Shown here piece after piece: positions 46,860 to 57,847 of a DNA stretch of 64,000 bases (the first letter of the stretch is position 1; each line of letters begins with the position of its first letter). Source of the stretch: a virus (lineage: Duplodnaviria; Caudoviricetes); IMG/VR virus record IMGVR_UViG_3300032038_000059, positions 9,297 through 73,296 of that record, one strand, 5' to 3'. Under the pieces are notes generated by a model. That model did not search any database. It was not told the DNA's origin and saw only the letters and a program-made list of their open reading frames with translations. Position numbers and translations under genes: made by a program.

Positions 46860-47517
46860 GCTTATTTACTATGTACGGATAAATCACATCATAGATACCG
46901 ATACTTCCGCAGTTATCACATTCATGGATAAACTTGGGCTTTTTACCTTTTGTCCGTGATCTGTAAATCATATGCCCATCACCGCAGTCATCACAGATCA
47001 TATCTATCTCAATATATTTGATCTTGTGTTTGACTTCTCCCATATTACTTCTCCGGGATTTGATAAACTGTATAATCAGGATCTGGGCAGTCGAGCCAAT
47101 CTGCAATGAGATGATTCAGAACGTACTTCGCTCTTTCTTCCGTAGCGAAAAATCCAATCGGAATCGGTTGACCACCACTAACAAGATACGCATGGACATA
47201 TTGCCCACGGCATTGAATAACGGCGATATTGTCATAGTTCAATATGCATTCGCCATTCTGGGAAATAATATTGATCATAACTTTCTCCCACACATTGGAC
47301 AGAAACGAATCGGATATCTGCCGTGAGTGCTCATAGCACTTCTCGACCACCGGGAAGATTCATTCTTCGTTCTGCACTTCCAATCAGAGATAATAGCGAC
47401 CCTATAATACCGTCTGGTTTCGACCTTACAATCAGGATCGGCATTATCTCTATCGATGCTCTTCTGCTCTATCTTCTTGATGTAGCGATAATCATCGCAA
47501 AATTTACATCTCTGCAT
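46834..47517 (-). CDS. Three small overlapping ORFs (two with CxxC pairs)
   Basis: ORFs 46834-47106, 47045-47350 and 47275-47517; true starts are probably internal. Confidence 0.5.
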
Positions 47518-47830
47518 TAGCTTCTGCTTCTTTCTTCTTTTTCCGTTGAAGTTTACGCTCTGCTCTACGTTTCAGGTCTGCATAGGCAAGAAAATTGATT
47601 TTATAATGTTCAGGAGTAACAGCTTCTTCTCCCGACATATAATGCTTCGCCATAACTCTCCTACCAAGATGTTTTAAATGAAAAGAACCGAAGTTTCGAA
47701 TCTGGACGATCTTTTCAGTCATAACGGAATCACTGATGACTTTGAAAATGTCCGTAAGAATTGGTTCGACAACTTCGGAAGAATATCCTGTATCCTTTGA
47801 TACTTTGTTAATAATGTTTTTTTCCGTCAT
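47504..47830 (-). CDS. HU/IHF-family DNA-binding protein
   Basis: IINKVSKDTG...VQIRNFGSFHLKHLGRR...INF. Confidence 0.85.
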   Translation of the reverse strand: MTEKNIINKVSKDTGYSSEVVEPILTDIFKVISDSVMTEKIVQIRNFGSFHLKHLGRRVMAKHYMSGEEAVTPEHYKINFLAYADLKRRAERKLQRKKKKEAEANAEM

Positions 47831-47866
47831 AATATATGCCTTTTTTGTTTTTCAGAAATTTTTGAA

Positions 47867-47938
47867 CAGCCCTAGTCAGGATCGAACTGACGCATCTGGC
47901 AGTCAAAGTGCCATACCTTACCACTTGGTTATAGGGCA
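47867..47938 (-). tRNA. tRNA-Gln(TTG)
   Basis: Full cloverleaf: GCCCTA/TAGGGC acceptor, TGGCA-CTTTGAC-TGCCA anticodon arm, GTCAG-TTCGATC-CTGAC T arm. Confidence 0.88.
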
Positions 47939-48082
47939 TTGGGCGAGTTTCTGAAACAAGAATGAATTGTCATCATTACAGTGCTACCGACACAAGTGTA
48001 GCCAACTTAGTTTCAGCATTTTTATTCTCTTTGAGGGCTATCTCGCAATCCTCTCAAATCATCCGGGTGCGACCCGTCCTCA

Positions 48083-48143
48083 TCGGAACGGTAGGATTCG
48101 AACCTACGACACAATTTCCTCTAGCCAACTGAGTTACGTTCCG
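48083..48143 (-). ncRNA. tRNA-Pro-like RNA lacking the anticodon arm
   Basis: CGGAACG acceptor, D arm and GTAGG-TTCGAAT-CCTAC T arm are intact, but only about 8 nt lie between the D arm and the variable region. Confidence 0.65.
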
Positions 48144-48277
48144 AAATGGGCAGTCCATCCAAAGTTCGGTTCCAGTTGTCCTCCCTCCGTAGGATTATCT
48201 CCATCCCAATAACGGTAATGGCTTCACGCATTTCCCTTGTGAAAAATTCACTGCCCTGTTAGTATTTCATTTCTAAG

Positions 48278-48389
48278 TGGAAGCGGAAGGATTCGAACCT
48301 TCGTTTTCTGATGATGGGTCAGACTGTTGCCATTGACATACTCTAACAAGCACATCACTCTTGTGCCATTTGTCTACACTTACACTCCC
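48278..48389 (-). ncRNA. tRNA-like RNA (CAT loop) with a ~38-nt insertion between the D and anticodon arms
   Basis: GGGAGTG/CGCTTCC acceptor, TCTGA-CCCATCA-TCAGA arm, GAAGG-TTCGAAT-CCTTC T arm. Confidence 0.55.
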
Positions 48390-48737
48390 ATTACTTTGAC
48401 TTTAACCTATTCTCTGGAACTACTCTTGCTTATGAGTATATTCGACCCCAATCACAAGAACTGTGATGCCCACTATCCCATGTCTTCCGGCATCTATAGT
48501 AGCGTTCCACATATCCATCGTCTTATGGACTTTGTGGCAAGCTGTCTCTTGTGTAATGTATGCATCCGCCACACATTTGCATTGTCAAAAATTTAAGATT
48601 AACTGGCGGCGGTCTTGGCCTTCGACCACACTTTAATGCTCATTAACAAACCAGTCTCATGTATGTCGATCCATTCACAAGGCATTCGTTGTACACCAAA
48701 CGCCGCCATACACGTTTACAAGCTACTGCTTGTAAGC

Positions 48738-48821
48738 AATCCCGTCAGGAGTCGAACCTGAACCTCTCCAAACCACGGAGTGAACTACTAGTCTAATCCG
48801 GTTTCCATTATTCTACGGGAT
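48738..48821 (-). ncRNA. Degenerate type II tRNA-like RNA
   Basis: ATCCCGT/ACGGGAT acceptor, long variable stem CTCC/GGAG, TCAGG-TTCGACT-CCTGA T arm; non-canonical anticodon loop. Confidence 0.5.
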
Positions 48822-48824
48822 TAA

Positions 48825-48955
48825 TTGTCAGGGTGAGGATTTGAACCTCACATGATGCCTTAGTATCCCGAAACAATCGTCTTGAATCACATTTCAATTG
48901 CCCGGTCTTGCTACCCATCTTGAACTAAGCGTCTACCCATTCTCGCCACCTGACA
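48825..48955 (-). ncRNA. tRNA-Leu(CAA)-like RNA with a ~54-nt structured insertion in the anticodon loop
   Basis: GCG-AGAATGGGTAGA-CGC D arm, CTTAG-TTCAAGA-[insert]-CTAAG, TGAGG-TTCAAAT-CCTCA T arm. Confidence 0.6.
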
Positions 48956-48978
48956 ACGACCGCACAGCAGTCATTCGC

Positions 48979-49464
48979 TTAAAACCGAATACCAAAACCA
49001 GATTCCGTGCAGAAAAACACTCCAGAATCTTCGAAAACGGTTCTGGCAAGATCTTCATACAGAGTAGAGATATTGCCATGAATATCGCTAAGATTATCTG
49101 CCCAATACTGGACTACATCTTTTTTAAAGACAAGATGGCATTTCTTATTTGAGAGCGGATCAGCATCTTCTTTAATGTACGCAAATGCTTCATTCCCTTC
49201 AAACGCAGCTTTAAAGAGATCTGCTTGCGTTTTCATCTCATTTGCCGGGATGACTTCGATCTTGACAGTCACGCCACCGAAATTCTTCTCTTTCGGTAGA
49301 AGCTGTGCTAACGCTTCAGCTTTGCGATCTCCGTCAATATACAGTTTGATGGTTTTGTTCTCGTCATCATATACTGTCTTGACAGCCTGATCTTTCGCAA
49401 ATAGTGCTTCGATTGCTTTGTAGTACAGTATCCAAGGTGAAGATAATTTTAATCCGTCATTCAT
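48979..49464 (-). CDS. Conserved hypothetical phage protein
   Basis: LSSPW..YY...F..D...VVQYWADNLSD.HG. Confidence 0.75.
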   Translation of the reverse strand: MNDGLKLSSPWILYYKAIEALFAKDQAVKTVYDDENKTIKLYIDGDRKAEALAQLLPKEKNFGGVTVKIEVIPANEMKTQADLFKAAFEGNEAFAYIKEDADPLSNKKCHLVFKKDVVQYWADNLSDIHGNISTLYEDLARTVFEDSGVFFCTESGFGIRF

Positions 49465-49555
49465 ATAAAGTGTCCGTTTAACCTATACCCCGGACAAAGG
49501 TAAAAAAGTAAGGAGAGTAAAATTATGAAAGTGGTCATGAGCAGTAATGACCAGA

Positions 49556-49634
49556 CGAGTTACTAGCGGATTCGAACCGCTCATCCGATTTGTGTCGCAA
49601 ATACTGGGAATGCCATCCATCATGGAATAACTCC
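49556..49634 (-). ncRNA. Degenerate tRNA-like RNA
   Basis: GAGTTA/TAACTC acceptor-like stem and AGCGG-TTCGAAT-CCGCT T arm; aberrant anticodon region. Confidence 0.45.
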
Positions 49635-49796
49635 TACAAGAGGTGCTAAACACGAAGTCTATACTTCACGGCGATAGACAGCCGTCAATCACTCAGAGTG
49701 CCTTGAGGACTGATACAACCACGGCGAGTGTTGAAACTCTTAACAGGACTTCTCATCCTACCGTGGTTAAAAGGAGAATGATAATGAAAAAGAGAT

Positions 49797-50347
49797 TTAT
49801 CTAAATGTTGTGGAAATCAAGTATGTGTTGAGAATCATAGTGGCTAACATGGCAATCATGATCCGTAATACGATCTTGCTGTCATCAGGCTTAAATGCCA
49901 TGATTGAAGCCGTCAGAAAAACCGCATGAACCAGATTCAGCACTATAGCCAGAAAACTCAGGTATCTAAGCACTCTGCCACCTCCAAGATTCCGTCTAAA
50001 ATCGCATTTGCTTTGTCGTAATTGCAAACCTTTTTATCTTCAAGATCCGTTAGTGTATTGTATATGGACTTGACAAGCATATCTCTAAGCGAGTTATCGA
50101 TATTGCAGACAAATTTCAGAGATCCAATCAACTCCGTAAATGTCATAATGTCAAACGTAGATGAGATAATACTGTCATGTTTAATCTCTGACCTAGTCGG
50201 GCTGAGTTCCAGATGAACTCTTGGAAGTTCATTCGGATCATAACTGATCTCACAATGCCTGACTCCATGTATCTCTTCTTCGTTTACAAAGATATGCTCT
50301 TCTGTTGGTTTTGTCTGTACCAGACGAAATGTAGCAAATGCTGACAT
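49797..50347 (-). CDS. Two small ORFs (49958-50347 hypothetical; small membrane protein ending at 49797)
   Basis: ORF track; the second has two hydrophobic segments. Confidence 0.5.
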
Positions 50348-50974
50348 CGTATACGCCTTTTTTATATCAAAAAATTTTTATAAAAGGGTAATATGTGATA
50401 TCTATATCAAATGTATGGGAATTATATCGGGGATATGTGTAATATGTATTTGGGATATGGGTTTATATATTATATATGGGTTATATGAATGATATAGAGT
50501 GTTGGTGTATGTAAATTATATATAAGGCTTTTTTGTTAAAAAAATATTTGAGGGGGTAATTCGCCCATCCGGGGGTACGGGGTTAAAGACCCCTAACCAC
50601 TGTTATACTATGCATTTTGTCGTTCACTTGTTATCGTTTTGTGTTCCGTCAACAGTTCAATAATTGTTCGCGAGTGATAAACCTGAAACGTGAACCGGGT
50701 CAAAAAAATATTTTTGTTTTCAAAAAACTGTACCACTCCATTGTGACATTGTGTTAATTGTGTTTGAATTGTGTATCATGCACGTCATGTTGTCGTATAA
50801 TATCTATTATCCGACTATCAGACAATCAACAATGCTTGCAAGCGCTGTATTTTCAACGCTTTTCAGTTCCGCAATTGTCATGCAATTGACGGTTACATGA
50901 AACGCTTTATTGTTTACTCACAAGTGAACGCTAAACAACAATTGTGCTAATTGTGTATCAATTGTTTTGACGGT

Positions 50975-51580
50975 TTACAGTTCAATCTTTTCAGGCAATA
51001 CAGCAGAACTATGTCGCGCTGCTATTTGTTCGGCAGTATCATGCTGTAAATCATTGTTTGTGTTTATGTTGATTGTTTGTGCATCACTGTAATTAAATCC
51101 AGCTTTCAACAGAAATATTGCACCAATTGAATTTTCACTTGCCACTTTACTGTATAAACCTGATTCACATACACTATACCAGTTTTTGACTAATTGTATA
51201 TTTATTGGATTTACTTTTGATCCATTAGATCTATGTATCCCATTCTTTATGTCCGTTAAATTAGTATTGTCTATGTGACAAAATACACTAAAACCTAATA
51301 TAGACGGATTTATGTTGTATTTATAGCAGAGTTTTATATAAATCTTATAAAAGATATCATTTAACAGTTTATAATCATTCTGTTTTGTATCTGCTAGGAT
51401 ATTTTTTAACAAGTGATCATAAATGAATTCTAACATACCAGTAAATACAAGAGATTTATATATCATTTCCGGATTATCTAAAGTTTGTATATATTCTTCT
51501 ATAAGAAGCTCTATATCACTTGTATATATTGATATATCATTATGTTTTATAATCTCTATATCCGTACTATTTACAGCCAT
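50975..51580 (-). CDS. Terminase small subunit-like DNA-packaging protein
   Basis: C-terminal IGAIFLLKA.FNYSD motif of P22 gp3-like small subunits. Confidence 0.6.
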   Translation of the reverse strand: MAVNSTDIEIIKHNDISIYTSDIELLIEEYIQTLDNPEMIYKSLVFTGMLEFIYDHLLKNILADTKQNDYKLLNDIFYKIYIKLCYKYNINPSILGFSVFCHIDNTNLTDIKNGIHRSNGSKVNPINIQLVKNWYSVCESGLYSKVASENSIGAIFLLKAGFNYSDAQTININTNNDLQHDTAEQIAARHSSAVLPEKIEL

Positions 51581-52174
51581 GGTTTATACATACGTCCTTT
51601 AATAATCCATTTTGTATTACTGGTATATGCATTTCTGTTTTACAATTACGGATTATAAAACCATATCTCATACAATGTCAATATACCAAAAACCGCATAA
51701 ATACAGCACTTGTCAAAATTCGATTTTTTAACGATAAATTTTGACGGAATCGAAAAAACTCCATTATGCAAAATTCACAAATACAGCCGTAAACCCTTTA
51801 AACATACGGCTTTATGCGAGTATCATGTATTTATCGGATATCGTCAAAAACTAGCAATTATGGCACTCTCAATTATTTTGTTGTGCATTACGGAGAATTT
51901 TCTTTTTTGATTGCTTTTTAGCAAAATGCACACAAAATTTCTTTAGCAAAATGCTCGAATTTTAGCAGAATGCATATTTTATGGAATGTGTATCTATGAT
52001 CACAAAAAATACAGCCTGAATTATTCAGGATGCTAACGCACTCCAAACAACCGACAATTTACAAACTGCCGTGATTGTATGGTATGGAGTCGTTTGTTTT
52101 CTGTTTGTTGTACTAGTGACAATTCAAATGAATGATACTCTCATAATTTACGGCAATAAAAAAAGAGACATTTT

Positions 52175-52387
52175 TCACAATGTCTCAATTTTTAATAATT
52201 CAAGATTGTTTTCCCGTACTGAATAATATTCAATTTTATTAAATTTACCTACGGAAACCTTATAAAGATCATTATTGATTAAAATATGCATATTGCGCAC
52301 AACTGTTTTTAATGTCTTACAATTGAAACGCTCAAATGTAACGGCCTGCTCATTATCTCTTAAATAAACTCTGAATGTCTCTTTCAT
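52175..52387 (-). CDS. Hypothetical protein
   Basis: RBS GGAGG; terminator-like hairpin at about 52155-52190. Confidence 0.55.
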   Translation of the reverse strand: MKETFRVYLRDNEQAVTFERFNCKTLKTVVRNMHILINNDLYKVSVGKFNKIEYYSVRENNLELLKIETL

Positions 52388-52554
52388 TTTCTCATTTCCT
52401 CCATTATCATTAAACTCTCAATTTCAGTTTCAAGAATTACGGCTTTTAAACCGTATGCACTTTCTAATTCAGATTGCTTTTCTCTGATTGCTGACTTAAT
52501 CTCTTTTATTGTCATATCATTACACTCCATTTTTAGTGATAGAATCAGGATAAA

Positions 52555-53421
52555 TCAATTATCCTGATTCTTTATGATTTTAAGAACCTTTTCAAATGCT
52601 TCCTTGTCTTTTTTTCCTGCTTTGTAATTTGGCGTTGAATGCTGTATAAATAAAACGTAGTCGCACTCTTTTCCAACTTTTTTGCATCCATGTTTACAAT
52701 CACTACAATGTTTCTGAAATGGAGTGCCACACGCGCATATATGCACGCGATACCCGGCTTTAGTTAACTTTTCATATAATGAAAGCAGATATTCACAAGT
52801 CCCAAAATTAATCCCAAATGGAGTTAATGATGGTACAATTGATAAATTTTCCAAACTTGCCAACATTTCAAGTGCTGTTTCCTGCTTTGTATATGTCCAG
52901 AAGTTGCATTGTTTCTTTGTTTCCGTGATAATATTTTTCCATGCTATCACATAATCGCGTGTACAAAAATCACCTTGTGCATGAATTCTGCATTGCTTAT
53001 ATTTTTTTGCTTTAATTTGTGCGGTCACTGCTTTTTGATACCATTCAGGAAAATATCTAACAATAATCAGTCTAATTATTGCCCACTTTTTTACATCAGG
53101 ATAACTATAATTTCCGTTATCACAATAACAGTGTGGGCAATGGCAGGGACAGGATCCTTGTACTTCTTTTATCCCTACTTTATCCATGACCTCTTTCACA
53201 AGTTCGGGCATGTCTTCATAATGAAGCGTTTCATTTCCGTGATAAATTGCACTTGTGGCTGCTTTACCTACTTTTGTATTTGTTCCATATGTAAGCATTA
53301 ATGGAGTCCACATTGCGAGCGGTTCACAATAAATGTGATTATTTTTATATTCGATACCATAAGACGCGAACACGTCCTTTTGAGTTATCCTTTTTGTCTT
53401 TCTTGTGGTTTTTTTCTTCAT
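52555..53421 (-). CDS. Gp88-like Cys-rich protein
   Basis: GSCPCHCPHCYC, CRIHAQGDF, FWTYTK, C-terminal CxCG...CSDC..GC. Confidence 0.6.
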   Translation of the reverse strand: MKKKTTRKTKRITQKDVFASYGIEYKNNHIYCEPLAMWTPLMLTYGTNTKVGKAATSAIYHGNETLHYEDMPELVKEVMDKVGIKEVQGSCPCHCPHCYCDNGNYSYPDVKKWAIIRLIIVRYFPEWYQKAVTAQIKAKKYKQCRIHAQGDFCTRDYVIAWKNIITETKKQCNFWTYTKQETALEMLASLENLSIVPSLTPFGINFGTCEYLLSLYEKLTKAGYRVHICACGTPFQKHCSDCKHGCKKVGKECDYVLFIQHSTPNYKAGKKDKEAFEKVLKIIKNQDN

Positions 53422-53770
53422 AACACGTTCCTCTTTTATTCTTTCCGGGAACGTGCTATAATTGACACGTTCCCTATATTCCTTTTGGTTTATAGTGGTT
53501 CTTGTGGCTATTCCAGGAAAGTTTGCCGACTGTATACGGAATAGCCGCTTTTTTATTTCAGGAAGTTATTCAGTTTTCAATGATGCGAGTTTAGGGCAGT
53601 GCCCCATCGATTATTAGTTGCTGTTCTTTATTTGATAATGTAAGTATACACTATAATTCGTGTTTTTTCAAGTATATCTTTACATTTAATTTCGTGTTTT
53701 TTCAATCTGAATAAACGCACAAAAATAAGAGATTGCCATGTAAAGCAATCTCTTTTCATATCCGTATGTT

Positions 53771-53859
53771 CTACGGTTGGGACGTTCCCGGCTATGATCA
53801 GGCTCTACGGTTGGGACGTTCCCGGCTATGATCAGGCTCTACGGTTGGGACGTTCCCGG
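53771..53859. repeat. 34-bp tandem repeat, about 2.6 copies
   Basis: ctacggttgggacgttcccggctatgatcaggct at 53771 and 53805, partial at 53839. Confidence 0.95.
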
Positions 53860-54064
53860 AGTCCACTTCAATATATTTTATGATGTTTCCGGGCTGCATG
53901 TCTAACAATCTGCAAAGTGTGTCTAGCACCTTACTTCCTACCATTTTCCCAGTCCTGAAATCTTGCAGTGCTGATTCATTAATCAGCTTTTCTTTTCTCA
54001 ATCTTGTTGTTGTATATCCTGCCTCTTTCAAAGTTTCCAATACGTTAATTTTGTATACAAGCAT
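53798..54064 (-). CDS. Cro/C1-type HTH (HTH_26-like) regulator; start at MLVYKINV
   Basis: YKINVLETLKEAGY...LCRLLDMQPGNIIKY. Confidence 0.85.
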   Translation of the reverse strand: MLVYKINVLETLKEAGYTTTRLRKEKLINESALQDFRTGKMVGSKVLDTLCRLLDMQPGNIIKYIEVDSGNVPTVEPDHSRERPNRRA

Positions 54065-54086
54065 TTTTGCTTCACCTCCTGATTCT

Positions 54087-54176
54087 ATAATATAGGATGC
54101 TCTTAAAATAGTCAAGAAAAAAACTTGTAAAATCATGTAACTTTTTCTTGACAATGCACTTTATATCGTGTATCAT
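54087..54176. promoter_or_regulatory. Back-to-back sigma-A promoters
   Basis: Rightward TTGACA(54148)-17-TATCAT(54171); leftward TTGACT(54115)-17-TATTAT(54092); GTCAAGAAAAA...TTTTTCTTGAC inverted repeat. Confidence 0.75.
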
Positions 54177-54778
54177 TAAATCAACAACAGAACAGCACCA
54201 CAGAGCAGATCGCTAGTGGTTTGGTCATCGCGACTGGGCAGTGATCTGATGAAACGGAAGTGTTCTGGAAACTTTGAAAACTTAAGAAGGAGGAATTCCA
54301 TATGAATAAATTTGGAATCGAAAAGACACTTCATGAAATCATTCGCGATATCCCTGATGCGTACAGAGCGAACAGGAATTACGAGCGTGGGTTTATCACA
54401 TTTGAGGAGTGCATGAAAACGATCACGGACGCATACAATGCAGAACAAATCCGTATATCAAAGGAATTCTGGAAGGAGGTTAATCAGGCATGAAGAACTA
54501 CACAATCTCTTCCACGGGAATCGATTCGTACCTATACGATGTACGGAGATCCGCACGTAAGTCACTCGGCATTGATGAAGGTGACCGGGCAATGTATCCG
54601 CTCACATACTACATCAATACAGGACGGGCAAGCACAGGATTTCTGCATAAATTGTTTGCTGTATCGCCTACGCGAATTGCAAGAGTGCTCACAGGCACAG
54701 GCAGCGATGCGGAGATCATGGAACGTGTCAAGCGCACGATCCGCTTTGTGGGTGAGTGAAAACTTACCCACAGCACAC

Positions 54779-54970
54779 AAGCCCGACCGGGGTTTGAAAA
54801 AATCTCGGTCATCAGGCACAGTCCTACCCTATCTGGGGAAGAAAATTTTCAGCCGATCACAGGCGAGTCCTACCGGGGTCAGGGGTAAGAAATTCTTCAG
54901 AAACCACACACGAGTCCCACCGTCATCTGAGGGTAAGAAAAATCAGATCTGGGACATACGAGTCCCACCC
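54779..54970 (+). repeat. Degenerate ~47-bp tandem repeat, about 4 units
   Basis: AGTCCYACC...GGG(T)AAGAAA...TCAG...CG recurs at 54820, 54866, 54913 and 54961. Confidence 0.7.
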
Positions 54971-57265
54971 TATGAAAGGAGTTACACCATGGAACTGTAC
55001 GAAAGAATCCGCGATATGCTAAACGACAGTGTCACCGACATTTTTCTGAAGCTTCAGGAAGAATTCCATATTGAATGCAGCGATTGCCCGCCGGATCTGG
55101 AATGGGATATCAACAATGCGGTTGACGATCTCGCGGAAACTATGAAGACGGCTATCAAAATTCAGATGGATTGAGGAAGGAGTGCCACCCATGAATAAGC
55201 TTTATGTCATCCGCTTCAAGATCTCCCATGACTATGTAGTCTCCACATGGAGCGCATGGACGCAGGAAGAAGCAGAGAAGAAAATGCTTCTCAATCCTGA
55301 ATGGTCTTTCACACTTGTGGAAGACAACGAGACACACAAGATCTGGGACGCACGATAATAAGTCCCCGTCACTCTGAGAGGCAGGTATACGGTTCGATCC
55401 CGTAGGTGACGGTTACTGAAAATTAAATCAGGGACAGAAGTCCCATACCATTTATGAGAGGAGAAAAACATGAAGTATAGAGTTTCCACATGGACGGAGA
55501 ATGAAGAAGAAATCGCGATGACAGTTTCTTGTAGACGCGATGCAAGCAACGAGGTACTTTTCAAGAAATGCGCTATCGAGATCCACCATGAACTTTGCAA
55601 GCGCGGTTTAGCACCTAGCAAGATCAGTTTTAATGGAGATCTTCCGAATATCTGGAGAAACGGATATTGCGGTTCGCTCTGGCTTGTTGACCCGTATTAC
55701 AACATCACCATTGTCGAAAACAACGGAAATGGTTGCATTCTTGCACAGTGAAAGGAGTCCCCTACCATGAAAGTTGAGAACAGGTTCTGGGAAATCGAAG
55801 TAATTGCATATATCAGGCATGGCAAATACTATGCCAAATTCAGGAACCCGGAGAAACAGTCCGAAAGGATGATCGGACGCTTCAAAACTGAAAATGATCT
55901 GTTCAACTTCTTTCATAAGTGGGACGGTCAGCAGTATTACAAGATCATTAAGTGCTTTTGAAAGGAGTCCCCGTCCATGAATGAAAGACGTATAGCCGAT
56001 CTCTACGAGTCCCTGTCGGCAGCTAGGCGATGTCTCCTGAAGCGTTTACGTAGGTATACGCATGACAGGAACATCCGCAATCTTGAAGAGTCTCTGAAGA
56101 GACTGGATGCCATGCAAGAGAATATCGACAAAATCCGGGCTGAGATCTCATCTGAGATTACAAGACGGGCTGAAATAGTCCCATGACGCTCTGTAAGGAT
56201 CATACAGCGCATTTATCGTTTCACCTGATAACTTGTCAGGGTATGAGTTTAAAATTGATTCTAGGACGTTTTAGAGAGTCCCATAGGGATCTAATAAAAC
56301 TGAATGATCGCTCAGTTACAGTATCTACTGTTGACAGGCAGGAGCAAACAGTGTATACTGTATATAGATCAAGAGATAAGGAACTCCCGAAGCGGAGTCC
56401 CACACATAGAAAAGGAGAAAAGTTATGAAGCAGTATAGAAATTTAGACACAGGCGAAATCTGGACAGAAGACGAGATCAAAAAGATCTACGAAAGCGAGT
56501 ACAACCTCAGGGAAGCGTACTCGACATTTGCGGAGTACATGAATTACCTTCTCAATCAAGGCGGGATCGTTGAAGCCTACTGGTACGCAGTAATGCGTGA
56601 TTGTGATGATCAGGATTGGGGCTACGGCAGCTACGTTCTTGATGAAGCAAAAGAGATGTGCGAGAAGTACCCGGAAGGATACATCGCAGTTATCGACAAC
56701 AACACTGACAACCCTGTGTGCATCGAAGAGATGCATCAGGATGAGTTTTGAAGGGAGAATAACATGAGCACAATCGACAAGGCTCTTGAGAAGAGCCATA
56801 GCTATGAACTCAACAACGATGAGTGCTTCGCTCTTCTGGGAGCAATTGAGAGCCGCATCCGCTTTCTGAAAGCCACTATCGAATCAGAGAGTGATGGAGG
56901 AATTATCGAAGCAGCTATGAAAGACAAGGAACTTCTGGAAGAGGTTCTGGAAAAACTGGGATTCTGATAGGAGTCCCAGTGGGTAACTCTAATTGCTGAC
57001 TGGTCATCAGCATGGACTACGCAAGAAAAGGAGGTGAGAACAACGATAAACCGTGAAGGAAAGGAGATCATCTCCTGCGCCATGACGGATGACACTAGGA
57101 GGTACGCTCCATGTGCCACCTGTCTCCACAATCGGAACTGGGTGAACTGCTCAGATATCCGTGAAGGTGAACCCGGATACTGCAATGATCGCAGTGCGGT
57201 CACCAAACAGGGTTGACCACCCTGATATATCAATTAATGAGTCCCCCACCAAGAAAGGAGTGTAA

Positions 57266-57655
57266 ATGGAATATAGATACGGCATGAGACTCCGGGGTTT
57301 CTCTCCCGGATGTCAACCAAAGGAAGGGCTACTCCGCAGAGAGGATGACACCACAGGTCGGTATTACGACATTCTGGTATATGACCGTAAACTAAATCAG
57401 GACGAGATCCGCAACTACGAATTAGATGATCTGAATCGGAAATATCCACAGGAGATTTTGGAAGCCGTCTCCCAGTCTATGAATCGCAGTATAGATGACA
57501 GCTATCTGGAAACGCTCTCACCTAACGAGGTTTTCGATTACGTCTGCACATGGGAAGGATTGATTAACTACGGAGACACGATCCGCAGATGGATCAAGAA
57601 CATATATGGAATCGACTTAGATAAGGTCAGTGAAGAAAGGAGCAAGCAACTATGA
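57266..57655 (+). CDS. Protein with a DarA_C-like N-terminal domain
   Basis: YRYGMRLRGFSPGCQP...GRYYDILVYDRKL...YEL resembles the DarA C-terminal domain (from recall). Confidence 0.45.
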   Translation: MEYRYGMRLRGFSPGCQPKEGLLRREDDTTGRYYDILVYDRKLNQDEIRNYELDDLNRKYPQEILEAVSQSMNRSIDDSYLETLSPNEVFDYVCTWEGLINYGDTIRRWIKNIYGIDLDKVSEERSKQL

Positions 57656-57847
57656 TGCATTTATATGAGTTCTCAGGTAAAACCGTAATCGACATTGACG
57701 CAGAAGTCCCGGAGGAAATTCTGGAAGACATCGATTGGAATATGCTTGAAGTCGGCGATCCCATTCATGATGATTCCGGGTTGCCAATCGCAAAAGTGGC
57801 TGAAGTTACGGAGTATGCCGTAACGATAGTCCCTGTGGAGGAATGAC

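Noticed and set aside
48770-48800. Amber-suppressor tRNA (CTA in loop)
   Set aside because: The loop is 6-8 nt without U33 geometry; the anticodon cannot be assigned
50580-53700. Restriction-site-free leading region
   Set aside because: GATC and GGATCC sites are present; avoidance is not demonstrable by eye
54180-54290. Hammerhead ribozyme or extra NN-ACA tract in the early leader
   Set aside because: CTGATGA...GAAAC spacing does not fit the core; the ACA periodicity lasts only about 5 units
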